Below are positions 10,400-21,100 of a DNA stretch of 64,000 nt, one piece after another. Below the pieces are notes generated by a model, which did not search any database, was not told the DNA's origin, and saw only the letters and a list, made by a program, of their open reading frames with translations. The position numbers were made by a program, and so were the translations under genes. The first letter of the stretch is position 1. Every line of letters starts with the position of its first letter. The stretch is taken from positions 66,842-130,841 of the forward strand of contig JAFGSB010000158.1 in the NCBI GenBank assembly GCA_016934825.1. Direction: 5' to 3'. The DNA comes from Candidatus Zhuqueibacterota bacterium (lineage in GTDB: Bacteria > Zhuqueibacterota > Zhuqueibacteria > Residuimicrobiales > Krinioviventaceae).

Positions 10400-11779
10400 A
10401 TGCGTATGGCTAATATGGGATTGGTAAAACAATGTCGAAAGATTTGCGGTAAAAAGAATGTATTACACCGGCCAATAGATCTTTTGTTGTACGAATATGA
10501 CGCCAGTATGGAAAAAGGTCGTCCGGATGTCATCGTATTTCCTGAAAATACCGCACAAATACAAGAGATCGTTCGAATGGCTTCCGGTATGGGCGTGCCG
10601 GTCATTGCCCGGGGTTCCGCAACGAATTTATGCGGCGGCACAGTTGCATTCTCAGGCGGTATTATTATCGAATTTTCCAGGATGAAGAATATTTTAGAGA
10701 TAAATGTTGAAGACCAGCTTGCCATTGTTGAACCGGGTGTATATAATCTCGATCTTCAGAACGCCCTGGCGAAATACGGATACACTTTTGCCCCGGATCC
10801 TGCGAGCCAGAAAGTCTCAACTCTGGCAGGTAACGCGGCAATGAATGCGGGAGGGCCGCATTGCTTAAAATATGGCGTTACGGTAAATCATGTACTGGGT
10901 TTGGAAATGGTTTTGCCGAACGGGGAGTTGCTGACAATTGGGGGTCGTGTCTCCACCGCGCCCGGCTATGACCTGACCGGGATTATGAACGGCTCCGAAG
11001 GGACATTCGGTGTTATCACAAAATTATATTTAAAGATCATTCCCATCCCGGAAAGCCTTAAAACAATGCTGATTTCATTTACTGAAATTGAACATGCGGC
11101 AAATTCGGTTTCATCGATAATTGCCCGTGGAATTATTCCGGCCACACTTGAATATATGGATAACCTGTGTATCAGAACGGTTGTCAAATCTTTAAAAGTC
11201 GATTACCCGGTTGATGCCGCGGCCGTATTGATCATTGAAGTCGACGGCCCCGCGTTTACATTAGACGAACAGGTCAAAGAGATCGAATCGATCTGTAAAG
11301 AAAACGGCGCAACGGATATCCGGCTGGCAACGGATGATAATGAACGTAATACCTTATGGACGGGACGGCGTGGCGCATTGGGCGCCATGACACGCCTGAA
11401 ACCGTCAATTGTGGTTTTCGACGGCACGGTACCCAGGAACAGGCTGCCGGAGGCGCTGCAGAGGATCGATGAAATAAGTAAAAAATTCAACCTGCAATAC
11501 GGTACTCTTTTACATGCGGGGGACGGTAATATTCATCCTATCATAGTTTATGATGAACGCAACAGCGAGGAAACAAATCGGGTCAATATCGGTTGTCAGG
11601 AAATTATGAAATTGTGTGTGGAACTGGGTGGAACAATAACCGGCGAACATGGCGTCGGTCGGGAAAAAATACAGGCTATGAAGTATTTGTTCAATCCCGA
11701 GGACCTGCATGCCATGAAAAAATTAAAAACGGTTTTCGATCCCGGTAATATTTGTAATCCCGGGAAAATTTTTCCATGA
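10400..11779 (+). CDS. glcD: FAD-linked oxidase, GlcD-like (glycolate/D-lactate oxidase subunit)
   Basis: FAD-binding PCMH domain and C-terminal HAGDGN...GEHGVG motif. Confidence 0.8.
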   Translation: MRMANMGLVKQCRKICGKKNVLHRPIDLLLYEYDASMEKGRPDVIVFPENTAQIQEIVRMASGMGVPVIARGSATNLCGGTVAFSGGIIIEFSRMKNILEINVEDQLAIVEPGVYNLDLQNALAKYGYTFAPDPASQKVSTLAGNAAMNAGGPHCLKYGVTVNHVLGLEMVLPNGELLTIGGRVSTAPGYDLTGIMNGSEGTFGVITKLYLKIIPIPESLKTMLISFTEIEHAANSVSSIIARGIIPATLEYMDNLCIRTVVKSLKVDYPVDAAAVLIIEVDGPAFTLDEQVKEIESICKENGATDIRLATDDNERNTLWTGRRGALGAMTRLKPSIVVFDGTVPRNRLPEALQRIDEISKKFNLQYGTLLHAGDGNIHPIIVYDERNSEETNRVNIGCQEIMKLCVELGGTITGEHGVGREKIQAMKYLFNPEDLHAMKKLKTVFDPGNICNPGKIFP

Positions 11780-11817
11780 ATTTAAAAATTCGGGAGAACA
11801 TTCAATTGTAGAAAATT

Positions 11818-13122
11818 ATGGATAACTCGTTTACAAAATTGATCGATAAATTAAAGAACCGGAATATTTATCTGGATAAAAACACTTTATCCCGTTACAC
11901 AACCGGTAAGGTTGCGCCTTTTGCGGTCATAGAACCGGACTCACCTCAAATTATGAGTGAGGTGATGCGGGAATGTTATCATCATAAAACCGTGGTAAAT
12001 ATTTGGGGCGGCGGCTCGCATCAGAATTTAGGCGGACAACTACAGCCTTACGATATTACTCTATCGACAAAATGTTTGAATAAAGTCATCGATTATGAAC
12101 CGGATAATCTGACTTTAACAGTGGAAAGCGGCAACACCCTGACGGGTATTCAAAACAGGATCAAAGCGGACAACCTTTTTTTGCCGATGAATCCGCCGTT
12201 TTCTTTGTCCGCGACCGTTGGCGGGCTTGCGGCATCCAATAAGTTCGGTTCGTTTGCGCAATATTACGGTACATTTCGGGATTTTATGCTGGGCGGAAAG
12301 GCGGTCCTCGCGGACGGACAGCTCATCAGGTTCGGCGGTAAAACCGTAAAAAATGTTGCCGGTTATGATATGACCAAACTGTTTATCGGCTCGATGGGTA
12401 CGATTGGCCTGTTAACGGAACTGACGTTCAAACTCATACCGTTTCCCGAGAAAATATTATCCGTTCACTTACTGGCTGATAATCCTGATATACTCAGATC
12501 AGCTCTGGGCAAAATAAAACACACCGCTTATCCGGTTTTATCTTCCGTATTGTTTTTGGATTTAGAGGATGGAACTGTCCGAAATCCGGCATTGAATATT
12601 GATTTTCAGGTGCGGGAAAAGGATGTGAAAAATTATCAAACGGAGATAAACAGGATTTTTACTCAAGATATTACTATGAGCGAAAATGATTTTACAGAAT
12701 ATAATAAACGGGTCAAATCGTATGACGCCTTTTTTGATATTGATGATTCGGAAATATTATATGAATGGATCGTACCCAAATCACAAATTTTCGGGTTATT
12801 GTCCTATCTGCAAAAAGAATCGGAACAATTAAACAGGAATATTAAAGTATTAAGCTATCCCGGTATGGGCATTTTATACAGTAAATTAACGACAGATGAG
12901 AAAAATGATGTATCCGCGCTGGTCACTCTGCTCACCGCCAGGCGTCAATATGTAAAATCCCTTCGTGGTTTAATAAATATTAAGCAATGTCCGGGACAGT
13001 TGAAACAACACTTTGATATGTGGGATATGGCGGGAGACCAGTTCAAATGGCACAAAAGAATTAAACACGAATTCGATCCGACCGGTATTTTTGCAGCGGG
13101 ACGGTTTGTGGGCGGAATTTAA
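11818..13122 (+). CDS. glcE: FAD-binding oxidase subunit, GlcE-like
   Basis: FAD_binding_4-like N-terminus; sits between the GlcD-like and GlcF-like genes. Confidence 0.65.
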   Translation: MDNSFTKLIDKLKNRNIYLDKNTLSRYTTGKVAPFAVIEPDSPQIMSEVMRECYHHKTVVNIWGGGSHQNLGGQLQPYDITLSTKCLNKVIDYEPDNLTLTVESGNTLTGIQNRIKADNLFLPMNPPFSLSATVGGLAASNKFGSFAQYYGTFRDFMLGGKAVLADGQLIRFGGKTVKNVAGYDMTKLFIGSMGTIGLLTELTFKLIPFPEKILSVHLLADNPDILRSALGKIKHTAYPVLSSVLFLDLEDGTVRNPALNIDFQVREKDVKNYQTEINRIFTQDITMSENDFTEYNKRVKSYDAFFDIDDSEILYEWIVPKSQIFGLLSYLQKESEQLNRNIKVLSYPGMGILYSKLTTDEKNDVSALVTLLTARRQYVKSLRGLINIKQCPGQLKQHFDMWDMAGDQFKWHKRIKHEFDPTGIFAAGRFVGGI

Positions 13123-13154
13123 ATTGTTACAAGTCACGAAAGTGAAAAGGAAAA

Positions 13155-14420
13155 ATGGAACTGGATAATGTTTATGATAAAGTGATCTCATGCAGCAAGT
13201 GCGGTTTTTGTCAACCCACATGCCCGACTTATCTGGTATCCGGTCTGGAACACGAGGTTGCACGGGGCCGCCACCAGCTTGTCAGGAGCATTATTGAAGA
13301 AAAGCTGCCCATGAACAAAGACGTCAAAAACACGATTTTTCAATGCCTGATGTGTAACGCCTGTTACACAAATTGTTTTCCGAAAATCAAAACTGATCAA
13401 GTTATTGCCCGGGCCCGGTATGAGTACATTAAACGGTTCGGCCAGCCGCAATTACAGCGGTATATATTCAAATATCTGCTGCGGCATCCGGATACGCTGG
13501 GTCGTTTCCTCAAAATGGCTTCCGTCGGTAAACGAAGCGGGATTTCCGGTCTGGTGCAGGTGTTGAGGATCCTGGGCTGGTTCGGTAAAAATATTGCCAA
13601 TGCTGAAAAATTATTGGATAAAATCCCGTTTAAATCGCTGAGAGAGAGGGCTGATGAAATTTCCCCGGGACAGAAGACGGTTAGGGGAAAAGTCGCCTAT
13701 TTTGCCGGTTGTGGAATAAATTTTGCAAATCCGGATATCGGACTGGCAACTTTGCAGGTGTTAAAACAAAGAGGATTTCAGGTCGAGATATTACCTAATT
13801 ACTGCTGCGGTTTGCCGGCTTATGCCTATGGCGATCTGGATTCGGTCAAATGGTTTGCCGAACAGAATTTTGCCATATTGGAGCAAACCGACGCCGATTT
13901 CATTGTTACGGATTGCGGCAGTTGTACTTCTTTTCTGAAGGAATATCACCGGTTTGTAAATCCACCCGATAAGGGAGACCGTATTGAGCGTGTATTAAAC
14001 AGGGTCATTGATTTTACGCATTTACTCGCTGATACGGAAGAATTCGCTGAATACAAAACGAACGACGACAAACAAAAGATCACTTTTCACGATCCCTGCC
14101 ACCTGGCGCACCATTTGAATGAAAAACAATCTTCGCGGAAAGTGCTGTCCAATTTGCCCGGTTTGGACTTTGTTGAACTGAACGAATCCGATTTCTGCTG
14201 CGGCGGCGCCGGTTCGTATAACATTGCCCATTATGATATTTCCCGAAAAATACTGGAGAGGAAATTAAATAATGTGGAGTCGTCGGGCGCGGATATACTG
14301 GCAACGGCTTGTCCGGCGTGCATCATTCAGTTGGCCTGGGGCGTGCGAAACACCAGACTGCCGGTTGTCGTAAAACATATTAGTCAGGTCGTTCTGGAAA
14401 AAAGTATACAAGGAAAATAA
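13155..14420 (+). CDS. glcF: (Fe-S)-binding subunit, GlcF-like (two 4Fe-4S clusters plus CCG domains)
   Basis: CSKCGFCQPTCPTY and CLMCNACYTNC ferredoxin motifs, followed by Cys-rich CCG repeats. Confidence 0.8.
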   Translation: MELDNVYDKVISCSKCGFCQPTCPTYLVSGLEHEVARGRHQLVRSIIEEKLPMNKDVKNTIFQCLMCNACYTNCFPKIKTDQVIARARYEYIKRFGQPQLQRYIFKYLLRHPDTLGRFLKMASVGKRSGISGLVQVLRILGWFGKNIANAEKLLDKIPFKSLRERADEISPGQKTVRGKVAYFAGCGINFANPDIGLATLQVLKQRGFQVEILPNYCCGLPAYAYGDLDSVKWFAEQNFAILEQTDADFIVTDCGSCTSFLKEYHRFVNPPDKGDRIERVLNRVIDFTHLLADTEEFAEYKTNDDKQKITFHDPCHLAHHLNEKQSSRKVLSNLPGLDFVELNESDFCCGGAGSYNIAHYDISRKILERKLNNVESSGADILATACPACIIQLAWGVRNTRLPVVVKHISQVVLEKSIQGK

Positions 14421-14433
14421 GCAAAGGAAAATT

Positions 14434-15192
14434 ATGAGTAAAAAAGCAGTTGTGACCGAACAACCCGTCACATTTATCAGCAAAGACAGTCAACTTGTGG
14501 GAATACTGCATTCGAGTTCAAGCGACAAGATCATTATTATGTGTCATGGTTTTAAAGGTGATAAAATCGAGAATAAACGGTTGTTCGTGGAAGCCGCGCG
14601 CACCTTTACGCGGGAAAATTATGATGTGTTGAGGTTCGATTTTTACGGATCGGGTGACAGTGAGGGTGAATTTGAAGATACTCTAATATCCACGAATATC
14701 GCCAATTTAACGGACGCCGTTCAATTCGTAAAAGAGAAGGGATATAAGCATATTGCTGTTCTCGGTATCAGTATGGGGGCGGCCGCGGTCATTCTCACCG
14801 TGAATAAACTTGATGTCGAAGCGGTGATCTTATGGTCGGCCGTTCCGGATATGAAAACTGTTTTTGCCGCAAATATAAAAAGCATGGGAGATTTTGATCC
14901 CGATAAAATCGTATACGAGTATGAAGGATGGTCGATCAAACGATACTTTTGGGAAGACGCCGTTCAGTATAATATAAAAGAACAACTGGCCCGAATAAAA
15001 GTGCCGAAGCTTATCATTCAGGGCACTGCGGATGATCCGGTTTTTGTGCAGGGATTTTATGAATTTCGTGAGATCGTCCTGCCCCCGGCCGATTTTATGG
15101 AAATGCCGAACGCCGGGCATACGTATCAAACGCCGGGTCACCGGCTTAAAGTGATACGACAAACGCTTATCTGGTTAAACAGACATTTTTAA
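14434..15192 (+). CDS. Alpha/beta hydrolase (dienelactone-hydrolase-like)
   Basis: GISMGAA nucleophile elbow; His in the C-terminal MPNAGH. Confidence 0.7.
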   Translation: MSKKAVVTEQPVTFISKDSQLVGILHSSSSDKIIIMCHGFKGDKIENKRLFVEAARTFTRENYDVLRFDFYGSGDSEGEFEDTLISTNIANLTDAVQFVKEKGYKHIAVLGISMGAAAVILTVNKLDVEAVILWSAVPDMKTVFAANIKSMGDFDPDKIVYEYEGWSIKRYFWEDAVQYNIKEQLARIKVPKLIIQGTADDPVFVQGFYEFREIVLPPADFMEMPNAGHTYQTPGHRLKVIRQTLIWLNRHF

Positions 15193-15201
15193 TTTGCAGA
15201 G

Positions 15202-16125
15202 GTGGATAATATGGAACATGATGAATCAAGCAACAATCATAAATATTTACAGGCTGAGGACGAAAAGCTGCAGGAGTTGGAACCGGATAAATCGGCGGTG
15301 AAAGCATATCGCAATGTTAAATTTTTAAACAGCAGCGATGCCCGGACCATCAGAATCATGGCGGAATATCTTGAACCGGCAAGCCGGCTGCGTTTTTATA
15401 ATATTAAAGATACCGTTGTTTTTTACGGTTCTGCCCGAATACTTCCTGCCAATGAAACCGGTGAAGAACTGGAATGGTTAACCGAACAACTCAAAACAGC
15501 GGATAAAAATGCCGCTCCCGAGATCGAGCTGCAACTGAAAACGGCCGAACGTGATGTTAAAATGTCAAAATATTATGAGGAGGCGAGACAGCTTGCCTAT
15601 CAAATCACAAAATGGTCGCTGGACCTGGATGAAAACCAGCGATTTATGGTATGTTCAGGCGGCGGACCGGGTATCATGGAGGCGGCCAACAGGGGCGCTG
15701 CCGAAGCAGGCGGACGGACAATCGGTTTTAACATCAGCCTGCCGAGGGAGCAGCACCCCAATCCGTATATTACCCAAAATCTTTCTTTTGATTTCCATTA
15801 CTTTTTTATGCGGAAATTCTGGTTTGTATATACGGCAAAAGCTCTGGTCGTCTTTCCCGGCGGATTCGGCACCTTTGACGAACTTTTTGAACTGCTGACC
15901 CTTCGGCAGACAAAAAAAGTGGTCAAGCCGCTCAGCGTGATTATTTACGGCAAGGAATACTGGAACAGTATTATTGATTTTAACAAAATGGTGGAATGGG
16001 GTGTAATTAGTGAAAATGATTTGAACCTGTTTCACTTTGTCGATGATGTTGAAGACGCGTTTATCACAATACGAAATCATTTTGAAAAAGAATTTGTCGG
16101 TAAGCGAAAGTACTGGCACTGGTAG
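15202..16125 (+). CDS. LOG family / TIGR00730 Rossmann-fold nucleotide-binding protein
   Basis: GGGPGIMEA and PGGFGTFDELFE signature motifs. Confidence 0.8.
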   Translation: MDNMEHDESSNNHKYLQAEDEKLQELEPDKSAVKAYRNVKFLNSSDARTIRIMAEYLEPASRLRFYNIKDTVVFYGSARILPANETGEELEWLTEQLKTADKNAAPEIELQLKTAERDVKMSKYYEEARQLAYQITKWSLDLDENQRFMVCSGGGPGIMEAANRGAAEAGGRTIGFNISLPREQHPNPYITQNLSFDFHYFFMRKFWFVYTAKALVVFPGGFGTFDELFELLTLRQTKKVVKPLSVIIYGKEYWNSIIDFNKMVEWGVISENDLNLFHFVDDVEDAFITIRNHFEKEFVGKRKYWHW

Positions 16126-16210
16126 ACCGAGGGATTGTGATCTCTTGTTGCAGGTAAATTGCATAGGGGAAATGAATAATCCGTAGATACACGCGGATAG
16201 GGGATGTTTC

Positions 16211-16277
16211 ACGCAGATACCGCGGATGGAGCAGATACAAAAAAACACAACCTCTGTCATTTCGACCGCAGGGAGAA
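16211..16277. repeat. Partial copy (upstream module plus left arm) of a MITE-like inverted-repeat element
   Basis: CGCAGATACCGCGGAT...CTGTCATTTCGACCGCAGGGAGAA is shared with 16585-16652. Confidence 0.6.
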
Positions 16278-16329
16278 TTTTTGAGTATAATTAAGACACA
16301 TACGAATCACTTGCAATAGAACCGGCTAT

Positions 16330-16386
16330 GGAGTGCATCGCCTTTATGCGATGCGGATCAGCCGTCCATAAAAGGACGGCACTCCG
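16330..16386. repeat. Nested double-hairpin element; its first hairpin is repeated at 16414-16438
   Basis: GGAGTGC[GCATCGC-CTTTAT-GCGATGC]...[CCGTCC-ATAAAAGG-ACGG]GCACTCC. GGAGTGTATCGCCTTTATGCGATGC recurs 84 bp downstream. Confidence 0.55.
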
Positions 16387-16584
16387 TGTGTAAAAACTAA
16401 TTCAAGCATTTTTGGAGTGTATCGCCTTTATGCGATGCAGTTATTTGCCACGCAAAAAAACACCCCGGAGCGTGGTCTCAAACATCATTATCTGAATTAT
16501 TACATATCCGGTCGTCGAGTAAGGCTGTCGGGCACAGCGAGACAGCCTGTACCGGGACGTCCGCTGATGTTGGAAAATGTCTCT

Positions 16585-16730
16585 CGCAGATACCGCGGAT
16601 ATCGCAGATACAATAAAAAGACCACTACTGTCATTTCGACCGCAGGGAGAAATCTTAAAATGTTTTACATGAACTGATACCTCTTCAAGAAACAAGATTT
16701 CTCTTCGCTGCGCTCATCGAAATGACAGAG
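16585..16730. repeat. Full MITE-like element with about 35-bp imperfect terminal inverted repeats
   Basis: CTGTCATTTCGACCGCAGGGAGAAATCTT...AAGATTTCTCTTCGCTGCGCTCATCGAAATGACAG; the arms are reverse complements. Confidence 0.65.
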
Positions 16731-16827
16731 TGGGTTATTTGGATGAAATTTTACAAAATAATGGAAATTTATTATTAGGTTCAGATTGTCTAATTACTGT
16801 GCGTACAAACCAGACAAAACGCAAATT

Positions 16828-16930
16828 CTGTCATTTCGACCGCAGGGAGAAATCTTATTATGTTTTACATGAACTGATACCTCTTTAGGAAACAAGAATT
16901 TTCTTCGCTATGCTCATCGTAATGACGGAG
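16828..16930. repeat. Second full copy of the MITE-like inverted-repeat element
   Basis: About 90% identical to 16628-16730 across roughly 100 bp, including both arms. Confidence 0.65.
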
Positions 16931-17220
16931 CGCCGACGACGCCTTGGTCGTGAGTTATTAATAAAAATACCCGGTTCCGTATTTTCAGGAGGTTCAGCGG
17001 TTAAAGTATTTTCCCTGAAAGGGTTGCTCTATTTATACTCAGAACTTTATAATACTTATCACGTTTTATAATGCAAATACTCTACTGATAAATAAAGATG
17101 AAACTTGTATTAAATGCCCTCGTATTTTATTATTGATGTCGATTATATGTTCTTGCCGCATTATACACAAATCCTTATGAATATTAATTCTCTTTTTATC
17201 ATTAAAATGTCAGAGGATAA

Positions 17221-18105
17221 ATGCAAATTTCTATCAACGATTTAACACAGGTATATAAAAATGGCAATCGGGCCCTGCAAAAGATCAACCTGGAAATCAG
17301 CAGCGGGATGTTCGGACTGTTGGGACCGAACGGCGCGGGGAAAACAACATTGATGCGTATCCTGGTTACGCTGATGAAACCCACAGCCGGCGCCGTCAGT
17401 GTTAACGGTTATGATCTGCAAAGAAACCGGCGGGAGATCCGCTCAATGCTCGGGTATTTACCGCAGGATTTTCAAGTTTTATCCAAATTAAAGACCTGGG
17501 AATTTCTGGATTACGTCGCCAGGCTTGCCGGCCTGAGGAGTAAAAATGAACGAAGCGCGGCTGTTGACGAAATGCTGGAAAATGTGGGTCTTTTCGACGC
17601 GCGTGACCGCAGGGCGACAAAATTATCCGGCGGCATGAAAAGAAGACTAGGGATCGCGCAGGCGCTGATCGGTCATCCGCAAATTGTCATCGTGGATGAA
17701 CCGACAACCGGTCTTGACCCGGAAGAACGTATACGGTTCCGCAATCTGCTTGCCGAACTGAGCCGGAAGGACATTGTTATTATTCTGTCCACCCATATAG
17801 TCGGTGATATTTCCAGCACCTGCATGGATATGGCACTGTTGAATAAAGGCGAGGTCATTTTTAATGACGCTCCGGAAAAACTTGTACAGGAATGCAGGGG
17901 ACATGTATGGCAGATTAACGCCCTGGACAGCGAGTTGGAAGCCATCAAAGAGAAATATCCCGTTATTTCAACCATTCCATCGGAGAACGGCTGGGAAGTG
18001 CAGATCGTCGCCGATAAACTGGCGGACTTTAAAGGTGAACAGATTGAACCCAACCTTGAGCACGCCTATGTTTACCGTATGGAATATGGTTTAAATAACA
18101 AATGA
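17221..18105 (+). CDS. ABC transporter ATP-binding protein (ABC-2 subfamily) with a C-terminal accessory domain
   Basis: Walker A LLGPNGAGKTT, signature LSGGMKRRLGIAQAL, Walker B IVIVDEPTTGLD. Confidence 0.9.
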   Translation: MQISINDLTQVYKNGNRALQKINLEISSGMFGLLGPNGAGKTTLMRILVTLMKPTAGAVSVNGYDLQRNRREIRSMLGYLPQDFQVLSKLKTWEFLDYVARLAGLRSKNERSAAVDEMLENVGLFDARDRRATKLSGGMKRRLGIAQALIGHPQIVIVDEPTTGLDPEERIRFRNLLAELSRKDIVIILSTHIVGDISSTCMDMALLNKGEVIFNDAPEKLVQECRGHVWQINALDSELEAIKEKYPVISTIPSENGWEVQIVADKLADFKGEQIEPNLEHAYVYRMEYGLNNK

Positions 18106-18142
18106 TAAAATGTAATTGATTTTGTTTTGAAAGGTATAATTC

Positions 18143-21100
18143 ATGACATCATTATATAACATTTGGGTTGTTGCCCGTTATGAAACAAAAATATTATTCA
18201 GAAGCTGGTTTTTCAGGGTACTGGCATTGATCGCCATTGGTATTCTGACCTTTCTGAATATCATTTTTTTTTCCGGCGCCGTTAAAGATGTTCCCTGGGT
18301 TTTAAGAGGTGTTCCCTCATCCATTCCATATTTTAATTTGATGATGTTAAATACCGTTCAGGCCGTATTAACTGTATTTTTGGCCTCGGATTTTCTGAAA
18401 CGGGATGTGAAAACCAATACCACAGAAGTCATTTATATGCGTTCCATGTCCAACGCCGAATATGTGCTGGGTAAAACGGGCGGAATATTAAATATATTTA
18501 TTTTACTGAATTTGATCATTTTGTTTATCGGTGCGGTTATCAATATCGCTTTTTCCGATATCGGTTTTCATTTTATCAATTACATTGTCTATTTTCTGCT
18601 TATCAGTATACCCACAATTATTTTTATTACCGGATTTACATATTTAATCATGATAATCATCCGAAATCAGCCGGTTACGCTGGTTTTAATGGTTGGTTAC
18701 ATATCGCTCTCGTTAATCTATTTACAGCATAAAGCAAATTATATATTTGATATCGTTGCCTTTTATCTGCCGTTATCCTATTCCGATTTTGTCGGCTTTG
18801 ATCAAATTTCAATTATACTTTTACAGCGGGGAATGTACCTGTTTATCGGTCTGTCGTTTATATTTTTAACAATTTTGTTTCTGAAAAGACTGCCGCAGTC
18901 AAAAATTATGCTCAGGCTGGCGCCTGTTCTGTCGGTTATTTTTATGATTACGGCAATATACTTTTGTATAACCAGCCTCGGTGTTTACAGGTCCGGTCAA
19001 TCCCTGCGAACCAATATGACGGCATTAAATGACAGGTATATTAATGAGCCGGCGGTTTCGATAACAGATTGTACGCTTGATTTTGAGCATCTGGGCGATA
19101 CTTTTTCCTGCACGGCAAACCTGAAATTCACCAACCGGGATTCCGTTCCCATAAATTCATATATTTTCAGTCTCAATCCCGGGCTTCAACTGGACAAAGT
19201 TTTACAAAATCAGCAGCAAAAGGAATTTGAGCGGCAATATCATATTATTACCATAAAACCGGAAAGGCCTTTAAATCAGGGCGAGTCCGATTCCCTGATT
19301 TTTGTGTACCGGGGCGCTCCCGATGACAACGCCTGTTACCTTGATATTGATGAACAGAAACGAAGCCGGTCGAATTATATTGTCATGTATAAAGCAGGGA
19401 AAAAGTTCAGCTTTATAACTCCCCAATATGTGCTTCTAACCCGGGAAAATTTATGGTATCCGGTTCCCGGTGTTACACATGGTTCACATCTTTACACAAA
19501 TATTAAAAAGGATTTTATTCGTTTCAAATTAAACGTAAAATTAAAGAGTGATCTTCAACCGGTATCCCAGGGTTCAATGGATAAGATGAGTGACCGTGAA
19601 TTCCGGTTTGTGCCGGAAACCCCGCTGCCGCAAATATCATTAATTATTGGAAACTATAAAAAAATATTTACCACGGTTGACAGTATTGATTATAATCTGT
19701 ATACCCTGCCGAAGCATAATTTTTATTCGCCCTATTTCACGCAAATCGGCGATACGTTGAAATCAATCATCAGCGACGCGAAAAGGGAATATGAAACAAA
19801 ACTCAATCTTGATTATCCTTTTAAGCGGTTATCCATTATTGAGGTGCCCGTACATTATATTGCCTATGACCGTCTTGTTTCGTACCACCAGGAAAACGTA
19901 CAACCGGCGCTGGTATTATTCCCGGAGAATGGGGTCAGTGTTCAGCAAGTCGATTTCAGGGCACAAATACACCGATTCGAAAGAATGGAAAGGCGCATGA
20001 ACCAGACCATTGGTGAAAAGGAAATACAGGCCCGGTTGTTCAACATGTTCGTCAATGTTTTTACGGGCGGCGTTCCCATGTTCAATCCAAACAGGAATAT
20101 TTCTGTAAATTTAAATATATTCCCAAATTATTACACTTATAAAAATGTTGTATATTCCCGGGACTGGCCTGTTTTGAACGCATCCCTTGAAGCCTATCTC
20201 AATAGTAAACTGTCGGAATCCACACCCTTTTTCGCAAGAAACTGGCAGGGAATACTGAATGAAGAAAAAGCCAATCTTGCCTTAAAAACCAGCAGTTTGA
20301 ATGAAATACTCTCCAACCCGGACAACAGGGATATTGTTAATGATGTGCTGGAAAACAAAAGTGAAATGTTGTTCAAATTGCTGACATATGTACTGGGTGA
20401 TGAACAATTCAATACATATTTAACACAATATCTCGACCGGAATCGGTTCACTTCCGTGGATTTCCTGGATTTTGTATCCGGTGTGGAGAACAAATTAAAT
20501 TTTAATTTTTATGATTTTATGCAAAAGTGGTACGGTCAAATCCAAATGCCCGGCTATTATATAGCCAATATCCAGTCATATAAAGTTCTGGACGGCAATA
20601 GAACAAGATACCAGATTCGATTTGATGTATCGAATAATGAAGATATCGACGGGTTGATAACGGTCAATTTTCGTACCAGGGGAGGCGGTGTCCGGGGCCG
20701 GTTTATGGGCGGGGGAGGAGCACGCGGCGAATCGGAACCCGAGCGGATTTATTATATTCAAAAAATGCAGACAAAACAAATCGGCATCCTCTTGGATTCA
20801 CAACCGGGAGCCATAATGATCAATTCACTGGTTTCTTTGAACCTGCCATCCGCAATTGATCGTAGATTTGAAGAATTTGATTTAAATGAAAAAGCCGTTC
20901 CTTTTGAAGGGGAAAAAATTCTGGAAAAGCCCGTAATGCTTTCGCTGCCCAATGAAATTATTGTCGATAATGAAGATGAAGGTTTTACGGTACAGGCGCA
21001 GGATGAGACAAGTCTTTTGAAAAAAATATTCAAAATGAGCAACGGTGATAAAGAAGAATATGTCGGCTTGAATATGTGGCGCGTGCCGAACAACTGGAGC

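Noticed and set aside
15655-16260. 201-aa minus-strand ORF overlapping the LOG-family gene
   Set aside because: Entirely antisense to a well-supported plus-strand gene, with low-complexity translation and no RBS; a shadow ORF.
16417-16695. 86-aa (+) and 84-aa (-) ORFs in the repeat-rich intergenic region
   Set aside because: They span the repeated and hairpin elements on both strands with no RBS and Arg/Tyr-rich low-complexity products. They are better explained as non-coding repeat DNA.
16126-17220. Possible CRISPR array suggested by the repeated elements
   Set aside because: Repeats are about 100 bp long, internally palindromic, irregularly spaced and only 2-3 copies, with no cas genes nearby. 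This is not a CRISPR architecture.
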